Part shown: one piece after another, positions 23,447 through 36,274 of the stretch
Numbering within the stretch: the stretch's first letter is position 1
How the letters are laid out: every line of letters starts with the position of its first letter
NCBI GenBank assembly: GCA_030390025.1
Contig: CM059425.1
Coordinates: 165,046,001-165,110,000 of the forward strand
DNA length: 64,000 nucleotides
Direction of reading: 5' to 3'
From: Squalus acanthias
Lineage: Eukaryota
Notes under the pieces: generated by a model
The model's database searches: none
What the model was told of the DNA's origin: nothing
The model's input: the letters and a program-made list of their open reading frames with translations, nothing else
Program-made: the position numbers and the translations under genes

Positions 23447-25995
23447 CATAAGAAACATAAGAAATAAGAGCAGGAGTAGGCCATACGGCCCCTCGAGCCT
23501 GCTCCGCCATTCAATAAGATCATGGCTGATCATCGACCTCAACTCCACTTTCCCGCCCGATCTCCATATCCCTTGATTCCCCTAGAGTCCAGAAATCTAT
23601 CTATCTCCGCCTTGAATATACTCAAAGACTCAGCATGCACAGCCCTCTGGGACAGAGTATTCCATTGATTCACAACCCTCTGAGTGAAGAAATTCCTCCT
23701 CATCTCGGTCTTAAATGACCTTCCCCTTATCCTGAGACTATGCCCCCTAGTTCTAGACACTCCAGCCAAGGGAAACAACCTCTTAGCATCTACCCTGTCA
23801 ATCCCCTTCAGAATTTTGTATGTTTCAATGAGATTACCTCTCATTCTTCTAAACTCCAGAGAGTATAGGCCCATTCTACACAATCTCTCATCATAGGACA
23901 GCCCTCTCATCCCAGGAATCAATCTAGTGAACCTTCGTTGCACCGGCTCCAAGGCAAGTATATCCTTCCTTAGATAAGGAGACCAAAACTAAGCACAGAA
24001 CTCCAGGTGTGGTCTCACCAAGGCCCTGTACAATTGTAGCAAGACTTCCTTCCTCTTATACTCCAATCCCCTTGCAATAAAGGCCAACATGCCATTTGCC
24101 TTCCTTATTGCTTGCTGTACCTGCATGCTAGCTTTCTGTGTTTTTTGCATGAGGATACCCAAATCTCTCTGAACACCAACATTTGAAAGTTTCTCACCAT
24201 TTAAAAAATATTCTGTTTTTCTATTCTTCCTACCAAAGTGAATAACCTCACATTTCCCTACATTATATTCCATCTGCCACCTTACTGCCCACTCACTTAG
24301 TCTATCTATATCCCTTTGCAGACTCTTTGGGCTGTATTTTGAATGACCCATGGAGTCGGATTTGGAGGCGTGTGGGGGGTTAAATTTGCGGGGTCGGGGG
24401 TCCCGACTCCATCCTGCCTCCACGCAATTTTGACAAAATCAGTCGCGGGGTTCCCGACTCTGATGCTGCTGCATTGAATGTCTTCAGAGACTGCATGGCA
24501 TTTGGTGTGAGAGGACTTGGATGCAAAAAAAATTCATTCTCTCTCTCTCTCCACACACATTTTGCATCTACACATCAAAAGCAAGCCGGGCAGGTCCTCT
24601 CTCACCAACAGCCAGACAGTCTCTGAGACCAGGCAGTCAGCAATGATGACATCATCAGAGGCGACTTTCAGACTGAAACCACTAATTAGTTCATGGGTTC
24701 CCACATGCTGAAACTCAATTGCCCAATTAAGTGAAAATTGCATCATTCATCCACATTAATCTGGAGTCCGGGGGGGAACACGAAATGCGGATGACACAAC
24801 CCCAACCCGACCCCAAGACAAAATCCAGTCTTTTGTGTTCTCCTCACAACTTACTGACCCACCTAGCTTTGTATTGTCAGCAAACTTGGATACATTACAC
24901 TCGGTCCCTTCATCTAAGTCATTAATAATATAGATTGTAAATAGCTGAGGCCCCAACACTGATCCTTGTGGCACCCCACTAGTTACAGCCTGCCAACCTG
25001 AAAAAGATCCGTTTATCCCTACTCTCTGTTTTCTGTCCGTTAACCAATCTTCTATCCATGTTACTATATTACCCCCAACCCCGTGAGCCCTAATCTTGTG
25101 TAATAACCTTTTATGTGGCACCTTATCGCATGCCTTTTGGAAAACCAAATATACTACATCCACTGGTTCCCCTTTATCTACCCTGCTAGTTACATCCTCA
25201 AAAAACTCTAATAAATTTGTCAAACATGATTTCCCTTTCATAAAACCATGTTGACTCTGCCTAATCATATTATGATTTTCTAAGTGCCCTGATACCACTT
25301 CCTTAACAATGGATTCCAGCATTTTCCCAACGACTGATGTCAGGCTAACTGGCCTGCAGTTCCCTGTTTTTTCTCTCCCTCCTTTCTTGAATAGCGGTGT
25401 TACATTTGCGACCTTCCAATCCGGTGGGACCATTCTAGAATCTAGGGAATTTTGGAAGATCAAAACCAATGCATCCACTATCTCTTCTGCCACCTCTTTT
25501 AGAACCCTAGGATGTAGGCCGTCAGGTCCAGGGGATTTGTCGGCTTTTAGTCCCATTAGTTTCTCTAGTACTTTTTCTCTACTTATATTAATTACGTTAA
25601 GTTCCTCACTCTCATTAGACCCTTGGTTCCCCACCATTTTTGGTATGCTTTTTGTGTCTTCTACTGTGAAGACAGATACAAAATATTTGTTTAACATTTC
25701 TGCCATTTCCTTATTCCCCATAATAATTTCTGCTGTCTCAGCCTCTAAGGGACCAACGCTTACTTTTGCTAATCTCTTCCTTTTTACTTACTTGTAGAAG
25801 CTCTTACAATCTGCTTTTATATTTCTTGCTAGTTTTCTCTCATATTCTATTTTTTCCCTTTTTATCAATTTTTTGGTCAACCTTGGCTGGTTTCTGAAAC
25901 TCTACCAATCCTCAGGCTTACTATTATTCTTTGCAACATTAAAAGCTTCTTCTTTCAATCTAATGCTATTCTTAACTTCTTTAGGTAGCCACGGT
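23447..25995 (-). mobile_element. 5'-truncated CR1 LINE (RT region)
   Basis: ORFs 24756-25721, 23989-24423 and 23539-23952 are RT pieces. Tail near 23447; nested MITE. Confidence 0.95.
24329..24830. mobile_element. Harbinger-type MITE nested in CR1
   Basis: TIRs GGGCTGTATTTTG / GACTGGATTTTG with TTT flanks. Same family as 14182. Confidence 0.85.
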
Positions 25996-26689
25996 TGAAG
26001 GCATGCAGCATTGAAAGGGACCACAGGTCATTTTTTCTGACGTTGAGCCAAGATGGTCCATGTAATGCTTTCAAGGACTCTCCCCTATGATTTTACCCAC
26101 ACATCTCATTCTAAAGAAATAGAGACCAAGCCAAGCTCTTTATTTTAAATGCTTGTTTAAATTTTCATGTAGCAGGAAGAAAAAGATGTAGGACAGTAAT
26201 GATCAAATCCAACGCTTTGTAGTTTTTGAAACCATTATACACTAGTCATAATTTCATTGATATAATGAGGTCACTTTAGTCACTGGCTTAGGAGGGTCTG
26301 ACAATTGAGGGCATTTTACTATTCCATGCTGAGGACCGAGTACTCATATCTGATAACTTAAACAATTTGAATTCATGCTTAGGTTTCAGAGATCGAAACA
26401 CTGAACATCCATAGGTGATTCCTAATCCAAACCTCAAGCTCACTCTTCTATTCACTCAGAAGTAATCACCTGCAATATTCTGCATCTTCCTATTTGTTGC
26501 ATTCAGTATTACAATCTCAGCCAGGAGAGTTTTAAATAAGCAAACCACCAAAAAAAAACAATTAAGCTGTACCTACAAATCTCAAGGGTTACCTCTTCAG
26601 CCCTAGGCTTGCGAATAATATAAACACTGCTATGTGGAGAGCCCTGGTTGTCTTATATTTGTCAGTTGAAGCGTTCTCATATCTGTTAA

Positions 26690-26985
26690 TGCTGCTGAAA
26701 TGCTTTTAGTGGCTGCACGCATGGGCGTGCTTTAGAGAGGGCGGCAAGAGAAGCGGTGATATCCAAAATGGATGAGCAGGCGTCAGCTCGGCGTTGCACG
26801 CTGATTGACATCACGCTCCGAATAATTACAATACCTTCGGCGAGCGCAAGCAATGGCAGCGCTGCTGAACTGCCGAAAATGCCGGCCATCGCGGGACCTG
26901 CCGACAGTGGGCAAATGTGCGGCAGCTGCCATTTTTTCCCCCGAATCAGATGGTAACGGCCAGCGCTAAACTCCTGAATTTCTAA
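26690..26985. mobile_element. Harbinger subterminal fragment (approximate)
   Basis: Colinear similarity to 61795-62070 (GCGTTGCAC..ATTGAC.TCACG, GCGAGCGCA.GCAATGGCAGCG). Confidence 0.65.
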
Positions 26986-27149
26986 ACCAATGTTAACATT
27001 AAAGAATAGGTTAGATCGGTGGTTGGAGGAAAGGGGAATAAAAGAATCTGGGAATCTGGTGGGCACATGGGATTAGAACTACTGCTCATGTTGAGGATAA
27101 ACAGCTGACAGACCTCTTGCCATGTTGTAATTTCTATGTAACTTTATGC

Positions 27150-27552
27150 TTCTAATTGTAGGGCTGGATAAGGTTACAGAAATGGGGAAGGGTGAACACA
27201 GGATGAGTATTTTAAAATCAAAGTGTTGCTGTACCGGGAGCGAATGTAGGTCAGTGAGTATATTACAATGGGCAATGTTCCCCCTAAGTGGCTGTGCAAC
27301 AATCGCGAGATCCCTTGCAGGCCAGTCACCAGCTCCTGCCGCTGAACGATATACCAGGCCGGAAATTTTAAGGGACAACGTTCGAAAAAAAAAAATGAGA
27401 ATGAACATTGGTGCTGGGTGAGCGGGACTTGGTGCGAGTTAGGATACGAGCAGCAGAGATTTGGATGAGCTCAAATTTATAGAGGGTGGTAACGGGGAAG
27501 CCGGCCAGAGGAACATTGGATAGTCAAATCTGGAGGTAACAAAAGCATGGAT
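27150..27552 (-). mobile_element. L2-type LINE fragment with a small nested DNA-transposon remnant (~27270-27412)
   Basis: Minus strand near 27552 reads IHAFVTSRFDY, resembling the L2 RT C-terminal motif. The nested piece is bounded by CAATGTTC / GAACATTG. Confidence 0.6.
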
Positions 27553-28371
27553 CTCAACGATGATGATAAATTATCATAAAAATCTTTCCCCTAACACGCA
27601 GTTGTGAGTGGAATATTCTTGCACTCTTGTTTTGGGAGGCAGGGTAGCCAATTACGTAAAAATGGTAGGGATCATGGAACATTCACAACATTACCAAGCT
27701 CTTAATGATTGTTTGAAAAGGAAGCCTATAACAGAAGGGAGAAGCTAGCAAGTGAAGGCAGCTGCCCAAACCAGATTGCACAGACCAGGAATTGAAAATT
27801 TGACCTTCCTTATCTGTATGGATTAGTTACTTACTTGATAAACTCGCTGGGTCATCAGGAAGGTAGCAGATTTTACACTATCAATGTGCTTATTCTTATC
27901 CATAATTAAGGCTCTTCGGCAATTCCACATTCCTGTTACACTTTTGCCCTCCAAATAACTGAATTTAATTTTTTATTCAAGAATAATTTCTTCCGTGGTT
28001 GCTGCGCTTTCATTTCTTTTCCCAGATAATGAAAGGAAAGAAGAATGAGTTTTTAAATCTGAATAAAAGATATTCACAGCAGCAACCAAATCTACTTTTG
28101 TTAATTAAGATGTGGAGATGCACATTATTCATAATGTTTTTTTAGAAAATCATTCCTAAACTGCTGCTTCTTATACAAAGCAGTTTCCATCTGTAGAAAG
28201 CAATCACTTTTTCATTTGTTTTATGCGGAGAACAGAAATCATAAATAAATAATTTAATCATTATCTTGGCATGGAACCTGGATGAGAATAGTTGATCTGA
28301 GAATGACTCCAACTCCAAAACACGACACTTTCACTTCTGTGATGGTAATTGCATCAGCACAAATAAATTTA

Positions 28372-28520
28372 GGCCTAGAAATTCGTCTCGGGTGGTGGTG
28401 CAAAGCGGGCGGTATCAGATTGGTCGTCCGTTATACGCAGCACCTGATATTCAGTCCATTTCAGTCAACCGGTCCGATACCGCCCGCTTTGCGCCAGCGC
28501 CCGGGATGAATTTCTAGGCC
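28372..28520. mobile_element. 149-bp fold-back Harbinger MITE
   Basis: TIR GGCCTAGAAATTC, TTA TSD and inner inverted arms GCAAAGCGGGCGGTATC / GATACCGCCCGCTTTGC. Confidence 0.9.
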
Positions 28521-30345
28521 TTAGTGTCTACATTAGAAATAATGGCTGAGAATTGGTTTTGCGCTGGAAACCGGTGCGAAGTAGGTGGCATGCCTGGAGT
28601 GCATGCCCACGAACGTCAGTCCGAGTCTCACTCCAAATTGGGCCTTGGGCCTCATTTCCATAGAACCAGTGAGACGCCGATACCAATCAGGTGCCCGATG
28701 CAGCTCACTGGTCCGGGCCTTTACAAAATTGATGCCTCGGATGCCATTGCAAGACTCTCACATTCCTAGTTGGCTCACATTTCTATGGCTTTATAGATTC
28801 CCCATTTCATGAGTTTAACTTGAAATACTTTTCAATTAACTCTGCAACTGAGGAAAGCTGAAAAGTTCCTTACTTTTCAGTTTGCACTCACGTTCCTTTT
28901 TCACTAAAATTAACAAAAAGGGGAAAGTACTTTAAAAAAAAACTCTTACCTGATCCCAAATTAAAGCCCCACGTTAAAAATGTCCTTGTTGGTTAGAACG
29001 GCGGAATGATATAGCCTATGGACATCTCCGTGGGCACGGTTCATGTACTCCTTTGTCAATATGCCAAGGGTTCGAGTCATGTGGTTAGCAGCGTGGTCGA
29101 GGCCCAGGAGTGGCGCAGCATGGACCAGCAGCGGGGACGGGGCCCAGGGAAGGTGCAGTATGGGCCAACAGCGAGGTCGGGAGGACCTCACTGCATCCTA
29201 TGAAACCCAGGCAGAGAGGACCTGCGGGAAGGAGGGAGGAGGACAGTAGGAGTATGTTTGTGTGTGTGTGCTAGGCTGATGTAGCAGAGCCTGGTCTCCA
29301 ATCGTCTTGGATTCCCTTGACATTGGACCAAGACCTTGCTCTGTCAAGCCCGTGTGGTAGCTGATGTGCAATGGCCACCCCACGTTAAAAGAATTCACGC
29401 ACAGGCATCTTCCACCCTTTAAAATGAAGTTCGGGACCTGGAACGTCAGGACCCTCATGGACAATCCCAACAGCGACAGACCAGAACTCCGTGCTGCTAT
29501 CATTGCCCGGGAGCTCAGACGTTTCAACATAGACATCGCTGCCCTAAGCGAGACCCGGCGGGCAGAGGAAGGCCAGCTCAAGGAGCAAGGTGGTGGTTAC
29601 ACCTTCTGGAAAGGCAAACCTGAAGAAGAACGCCGCCTCCATGGGGTAGGCTTCGCCATAAAAAATGAGCTAGTTGGACGTCTCAGAGACTCCCCTTGCA
29701 GAATAAATGAATGCCTCATGACTCTTCGGCTCACTCTAGCCCAGAACCAGTGCGCTACAGTCATCAGTGCATATGCCCCAACACTGGAAGCCACAGACGA
29801 GACAAAAGAGGAATTCTACTCCAGCCTCGAACAATCCCTGTTCCGAGTCCCAATGGGCGACAAGCTGATCCTCCTTGGCGACTTTAACGCCAGAGTTGGA
29901 AAGGACACAGACCTCTGGGGAGGTGTGATCGGCAGAGAGCGGGTAGGGAAAGCCAACTCCAACGGTACCCTCCTCCTGACGAAATGCTTAGAATATGTCC
30001 TTGTCATAACCAACACCTTGTTCTGTCAGAGAGACAAGTACAAGGCTCCATGGCAACACCCTCGCTCCAAGCACTGGCATCTGCTGGACTACAACATCGT
30101 CCGAGCGAGGGACCGCAAGGACGTCTGCATCACCCGTGCCATGACAAGAACTGAAGACTGCTGGACAGACCACCACCTAATCCGCTCTGTCATCTCCATC
30201 AATGTAGGCCCAAAACAGCGGCAGCAACAGAAACAATTCCGCAGGAAAATCAACGCTGGAGCACTCAAAGACCCTGCTAAGAAAGCCCTATTCAGATTGC
30301 GCATCACAACCAACCTGACGACTCCCAGTGATTCAGAGACACAGA

Positions 30346-33310
30346 GGGCTCGATTTTGCCAGGCCTGAGGAAGCGGGATTGGAGGCATGTGAGGTGGTAA
30401 AATCACAAAAAATGGCGGGCGGGCCCAATCCCGCCTCCATCCCACCTCCGAGCAATTTTCCCAAATGTGTCTTTTCTGACCCCGTTTCCATCCCGCCTCC
30501 AAGAGGCGGGATAGGCCCTTAAGGCCCTTAACAACCAGTTAAGTGCCTCTATAATCCCATTTTGAGAAGCCTTTCTGATTTTACCACTTTTCCCACGTCC
30601 TGCACGTCTCCTCTGGCGGCCTCACAAGTGGACTGCTTACTAACAGCTGCAGCTCCACTATTAAAAAGAAGTTTTCAGCAATCATCATTTGCAGGTGGCA
30701 GAACTTTGTTGTCTCAGGTCTGGGGGAACTTTTAGCAGGCATACCCATTGTTGTGGAAGTTTGGAGCCTGACCTCCTGGGAAACCCCTCTCGCCACCTTG
30801 ACTGAGCGCTTCCTCAACTGAGGCATATACCAGAAGCATGGGAACCATTTATTTCCTTTCCTCCTGGACATCAGATTCGGACGAAGACCAGCCGTGGCAG
30901 CAGCAGAACCATGAACAACAGCACCACCAGCAGCAGCAGCATCAACAGGAGTGCCAAGCTGCTCCTCACCCACCTGAAGCTGCACAGGCCAGAAGGCGCC
31001 AGCGCGCGACCACATTGCTGCCGGAGATGCAAGGGACGCACTTGACCAGATTTGCTTAGCCTGCACAATCAAACACTTTTGCCTCGCACCTTCTTATCAG
31101 ACCATCGACAATGGCCAGGAACCTGCGGATTCCTATCACTCTGACCACCATACTGACAATTGCAAGTCATCCTAAGCCCTCAATGTGGAAGTCCCATTTG
31201 CGAAATGACAGACGCCACAACTTCAGCAGTGTGCCAGCAGAATTTTTAATCACACCAAGCAAGTGCTGGCATTTCAAGATTAAACACAACATTACACCCA
31301 AGTGACTACCCTTGCGACTACTTGTGCATTATTTTTCTTTTACGCATGGTCCTACATGGTGCTTCCCCTGTGGCTTCAGCAGATGTGGAGGCCCCTTGCT
31401 CACTTTCTTGCTGCTCCTGCCTCGACACCTTTGGCGGGTATCCTCTGGGGTTGCGAGCCTGTGAGGGCTCGGCAACAGTCTGCTGCTCCTGCGGACGTGC
31501 AGGGGTTGAGACGCCGATCTCAGTTGGATGGGGACTCTGGTGGGGCTCTGACCGAGGGCTCTGCAGTGGCATGGTCGTGTGAGCGCTTGGAGAAGAGCCC
31601 CCACTTCCTTGTTGTATGCCACCAACATCCCTCTCATGGGTCAGCCCCACTTCAGAGCTAGCAAGTGGCTGGACAGCACATTGCTGCACTGCAGGGGGGC
31701 CATGAGGACCCGTTTCTGCACTGGAAGTCCTACTCCAGAGGACTTGCATGAAGGTCTGGTTTGTTTGCTCAATAGCTGACCATCGCTCCTCAAGAGATGC
31801 CAGTCTATTCTGAACATTTACCATGTTTTCCATACCCTGGCGACGAAGCTCCTCCATGGCCGTAGCCATCCTCTCCTCTACCATAGCCAACCTCTCCTCT
31901 ATGATAGCCAGCTTTACCATGGAGGTAGCCATCCTTTCCAAGGAGGTTGCCATCCTTTCCGTGGTGATGCGTTCATGCGCCAACGCCTCCACAAAGGCTC
32001 TGCTCATGTTAGCGATGGACTCCTCCATTCGCTCCACACTCGCAGCGACCCTGGAGACAAAACCTGCCAGAGACTCCTGCACCTGTTCCTGGAGTTCCAG
32101 CACCGCTCTCCTCCTGGATGGACCCGGAGGCACAGGGTCGACATGCAGCGGAGCCGAGCTGGGCGCATCCTCTCCACTGCGACGAGGACTCTCCACTGCT
32201 GTTCCTGTCTCCACTATCTGCTGATGCTCACTTGTGAGCTGTGATATACCAGGTGACAACCCTACTCTATGTCCCGAAGGTCCCACCGAGGTGTCAGTGT
32301 CTGTGCTGGTGCAGGGTGCGCTTACTTCTGCTGACGGAGCGCCCTCAGAGGTTGCAGCTTCCTCTGAGGAGTTTGGAAGCTCAGGCTCTTCCTTCTGGAC
32401 AGTGGCGACGGGGGCTCTCGATGGTCCTGTGGGGGAGTAAAGGAAAGAGTTAGAGATGTGAGGTAAAGGTTGCATGCACATTGAATTGTGCAGATGATCA
32501 TACGTCAATCTGTTAGCGCATCAGAATCATTATCAGTCACTCATGCAATGTCAATGAGAGAGATGCCAAACTATTCTGTCACCAGCTTGCTGTGATGCGC
32601 CCGCCTGTCCGTCCCCCACTTGGGAATCCTCCTCGATCCCGGCAATTTCCAGGGCCGCCTCCTCCGAGGTGGTGAGCTGGGCTACTGAGGGTGGTCCTCC
32701 TCCTGTCCTCGCTCTTTCCCTCTTATTGTGGGCTCTCTTTTCCTGCAATGAGGGACACAAGTGGAGTTTGAGTGAGAATGAAGGAGTGAGTGTAGAGAAT
32801 CCATAGCATAGATGCTTAGAAGGAGACAAAGGGCCCTCCCTGTGTGTTGTAAGTTGTTGTCATTGCGTCACAGTGATAGGGAGTGTGAGGGCTGCATGGT
32901 CAAAAAGTTAAGTGAATGTGACCATAGAGAGAGTGGGAATGGGTAAGGGTGCAGGGATGTCAGTGTCAAGTGGGATGTGGAGGAAGAGGTTGGCAAAGCT
33001 GAGTGCTGGTGAGGAGAGGCGATGGAGATCAGATTGAGGGTGATGGGAAAGTCATACTCACTTTTCCTGTGCGGAGAAGGTCATGAAACCTCTTCCTGCA
33101 CTGCAGCCAGGTTCTGCGGCACATAGAGATGGCATTGACCTCCTGGGCCACTTGCAGCCACACAGCTTTAGTCTGTTGTGGTGGCTTTTTTCTCCCTGAG
33201 GAAGGGAAGAGCACCTCCTTATTAGATCTTGCTCCCTGCACCAGAGCTTGGAGGGAGGGCTCATCAAAGCGAGGTGCACACTTTTGCTTGCTGGTGGACA
33301 TGGTCGGTAA
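30346..33310. mobile_element. Harbinger element with deleted transposase core and intact Myb/SANT gene; one end lost
   Basis: TIR GGGCTCGATTTT at 30346. ORF 30838-31059 looks like a transposase N-terminus fused to its C-terminal tip. A convergent Myb gene lies on the minus strand. Confidence 0.88.
31318..33301 (-). CDS. Harbinger Myb/SANT DNA-binding protein, 3 exons (33301-33062, 32742-32583, 32426-31318), 502 aa
   Basis: Exons of 240+160+1109 nt splice in frame with GT/AG sites. N-terminal APRF...W..VA..VNA...RTWLQCRKRFHDL; TGGGP motif; heptad coiled coil; basic C-terminus RKRK. Confidence 0.88.
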
Positions 33311-35689
33311 ATGAAGTCCTTGGAGTGGAGCTAATCTACAGAACAAACGGGAAACTGTTCAACCTCCGTCACCTCCAGTCCAGATCCAAGCTCGTCCCAT
33401 CTTCTGTCATCGAATTACAGTATGCAGACGACGTTTGCGTCTGCGCACACTCAGAAGTCGAGCTCCAAACCATCGTCAACACCTTCACCGAAGTGTACGA
33501 GAGCATGGGCCTTACATTAAACATCTGTAAGACAAAGGTCCTCTACCAACCTGCCCCCGCCACACTGTACTGCCCCCCAATTATCAAAATCCACGACGAG
33601 GCCTTGGACAACATGGACCACTTTCCATAACTCGGGAGCCTACTGTCAACAAGGGCAGATGTCAATGACGAAGTCCAACACCGCCTTCAGTGTGCCAGTG
33701 CAGCCTTCGGTCACCTGAGGAAGAGAGTGTTTGAAGACCAGGACCTCAAACCTGGCACTAAGCTCATGGTCTACAGAGCAGTAGTGATATCCACCCTCCT
33801 GTATGCTTCAGAGACATGGACCATGTACAGCAGGCACCTGAAAGCACTGGAGAGGTACCACCAACGCGGCCTCTGCAAGATCCTGCAAATCCATTGGCTG
33901 GATAGGCGCACCAACATCAGTGTTCTCGCTCAGGCCAACATCCCCATCATTGAAGTTTTGACCACGCTCGATCAGCTCTGATGGACGGGCCACATCGTCC
34001 GCATGCCCGATACGAGACTCCCGAAACAAGCGCTCTACTTGGAGCTCCGACACGGCAAGAGAGCCCCAGGTGGGCAGAGGAAACGCTTCAAGGACACCCT
34101 CAAAGCCTCCTTGAAAAAGTGCAACATCCCCACCGACACCATGAATCCCTGGCCCAAGACCGCACAAAGTGGAGGAGAAGCATCCGGGAAGGCGCCAAAC
34201 ACCTCGAGTCTCTTCGCTGGGAGCAAGCGGAAGCCAAGCGCAAACAGCGGAAGGCGCGCACGTCAACCCAAGCACCCCACCCACCCGCCCCTTCAACCAC
34301 CGTCTGCCCCACCTGTGACAGAGACTGTAGGTCCCGCATTGGACTCATCAGTCACCTGAGAACTCATTTTTAGTGTGGAAGCAAGTCATCCTCGGTTCCA
34401 AGGGACGGCCTAAGTGAAGAAGATGCCAAGGGTTATTCTTGAATAATATTGGAAGAATTATCTAGGGATAGTGTTTCATTTCTTACTCCACACCCAAGGG
34501 AGAGGTGAAACCCAATATCAGGCAAGACTGAGTTTCATACTCAAGTCTTATGAATTTTTTTTGATAGATACTAAAGAAAGAACTTGCATTTATGAAGCGC
34601 CTTTCATGACCTCAGGGCATTCCAAAGCGCTTTACAGCCAATGATCTTTTTTAAAGTCTGTTCACTGTTGTAATGTAGGAAAAATTAATGCTGGTGATAC
34701 AACTGTCAGAAACATTATATTCCCTCTTCTATTAGGAATACATATGTTGTTATGTCTGAAAGAATATTTGCACTCCATTACTCTTTACAAGTAGCATGGC
34801 TTCACAGGGAGTATAAAGTCCAAAAGGGATCTGGGGCATTAAAATACATAGTTGTAATAGTTTATTTAACTATTCACATTCATTGAGTTAATGAGATTTT
34901 GCAGAAATTGTATAATGGTGCAAATTAGGTTCCTTGGTTTGAATTATAGCATTATTTTACTGTTTCTGCCGAATTACCATAAATATATACTAAATAAATG
35001 TATTTTTATGATGCAGTGACCACCATCATTATGGGTTACCTTGGGATTTTGCTCCAAATCAGCTAAAATAAATACACCCTTCCCTCTCCAGGGGCTTCAA
35101 AGGCTCCCCCCACCCCACCCCTCCGGGCATTCAATATTCCATACAGTCTGGCTCACAACTTAAGTAATCTCTTGAATTTATTATTTCACATAGAGAAAGT
35201 AATTTGTTTTATTACATTACTGCTGATGTTCTTCTCGCTTCCTCGACGCAGTTGGTTTTCCCACTAATACCACCAGCTGCCAAACTCCCAAAAATATCTG
35301 CAAACCCTGCATTAAATTTACAATTTCAGCACTCCCAAAAGACTGATTGAAGTGTTTTATGTTCAAACCCTAAACTGTACACTACAGTCTTAACAATGAC
35401 TAACTGACTTTTTAAAAATCTTAATATATTTATAAATTTTAACTCAAAAGTTCCCCTCCTCCAGCGCTTACCCAAAGCTCCTCCATTAATTTGCATAAGA
35501 GCATAAGAATTGTTAAGAATAAAAACATGTTTTTTGGGTTGACAAGCTTTTTTTGATTGATGATATTGCATAAGTCTGTAGATATCGGCAACAGTAAATA
35601 TATTGGGTAGGGCCTCAACTAAGAATGTTAAATTCCAAGCTTCTGACTGCTACACGAGTTCAATTCCCACCATGGCAGCTTGAGAATTA

Positions 35690-35920
35690 AAAAACAAATA
35701 TCCCATGCACTATTTGAATAAGTGCAGGGTGTTGCAGTGTCCTGGCCACCATTCTCTCTCAACCATCAACAACACCAAATTATCTGATTACTCATTCATG
35801 TTTTATTTGTGGGATTTTGCTGTGTGCAAATTAGAAGCCTTGTTTACTTAACAGTGTCTGCACTTCAAAAAGTAATCCATTGATTGTGAAGCGTTTTGGG
35901 ACGTCCTAAGGACGTGAAAG
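35690..35920 (+). mobile_element. DeuSINE/SacSINE-like 3' fragment (approximate)
   Basis: TTTGTGGGA..TTGCTGTGTGCAAATT and GAAGCGTTTTGGGACGTCCT match the inverse of 62420-62845. Smaller pieces lie at ~1525, ~17340 and ~34580. Confidence 0.55.
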
Positions 35921-36026
35921 TTCTCTCTTTCTTAATACTTGATAGTGTGCTTTCAAGGCATATGGCTACACACAACAGAGGGAAATCATACCCAAGGCTG
36001 CTTTTGGACTCTTTCTTATGTTTCAG

Positions 36027-36274
36027 TTTGTTTTGTTTAAAGAGGTTCTGTAGACCTTCATATGAACAGCCAAATCAAATACAATACTGCACCAAAATAA
36101 AAACAGAAAATGCCGGAGATACTCAGCAGGTCAGGCAGCATCTGTGAAGAGAGAAACAGAGTTAACATTTCAGGTCGATGACCTTTCGTCAGAACTGGAC
36201 AAAAGCTTTAATTCTGTTAACCAGAAACTGAAAGAAGAGAACAAACAGTTGAAATATGAGTTGGAAAACTTAAG
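36027..36274 (+). CDS. Host-gene exon interrupted by a 107-nt Penelope fragment; best-supported coding part 36225-36274 (KLKEENKQLKYELENL)
   Basis: Acceptor ctttcttatgtttcag at 36026 and donor AAG|GTGAGT at 36274. Removing the insert at the CAAAA duplication gives LFCLKRFCRPSYEQPNQIQYCTKSFNSVNQKLKEENKQLKYELENL without stops. Confidence 0.7.
36098..36199 (-). mobile_element. Solo Penelope terminal fragment with hammerhead motif (36160-36196)
   Basis: Nearly identical to ~8660-8763 and flanked by CAAAA (36093-36097, 36200-36204). Minus strand reads AGUU CUGACGA AAGGUCAUCGACCU GAAA UGUU AACU. Confidence 0.85.

Larger units (their letters stand above)
28960..34423 (+). mobile_element. RTE-clade LINE, interrupted by a Harbinger element and internally deleted
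   Basis: APE ORF 29364-30345 (GTWNVRTL, ALSETR, SAYAPT, GDFNARVG). RT resumes at ~33312 (LQYADD); C-terminal CPTCDRDCRSRIGLISHLRTH zinc finger; GAAGAAG tail. Confidence 0.93.

Noticed and set aside
19975..28060. Acceptor-like sites near 19973, 20018 and 28025 as extra host exons
   Set aside because: No convincing open frame with a matching donor, and the exon chain is phase-consistent without them.
36130..36173. 44-nt GT..AG segment whose removal would also restore the host frame
   Set aside because: Shorter than typical vertebrate minimal introns; the 95-nt alternative is more plausible.
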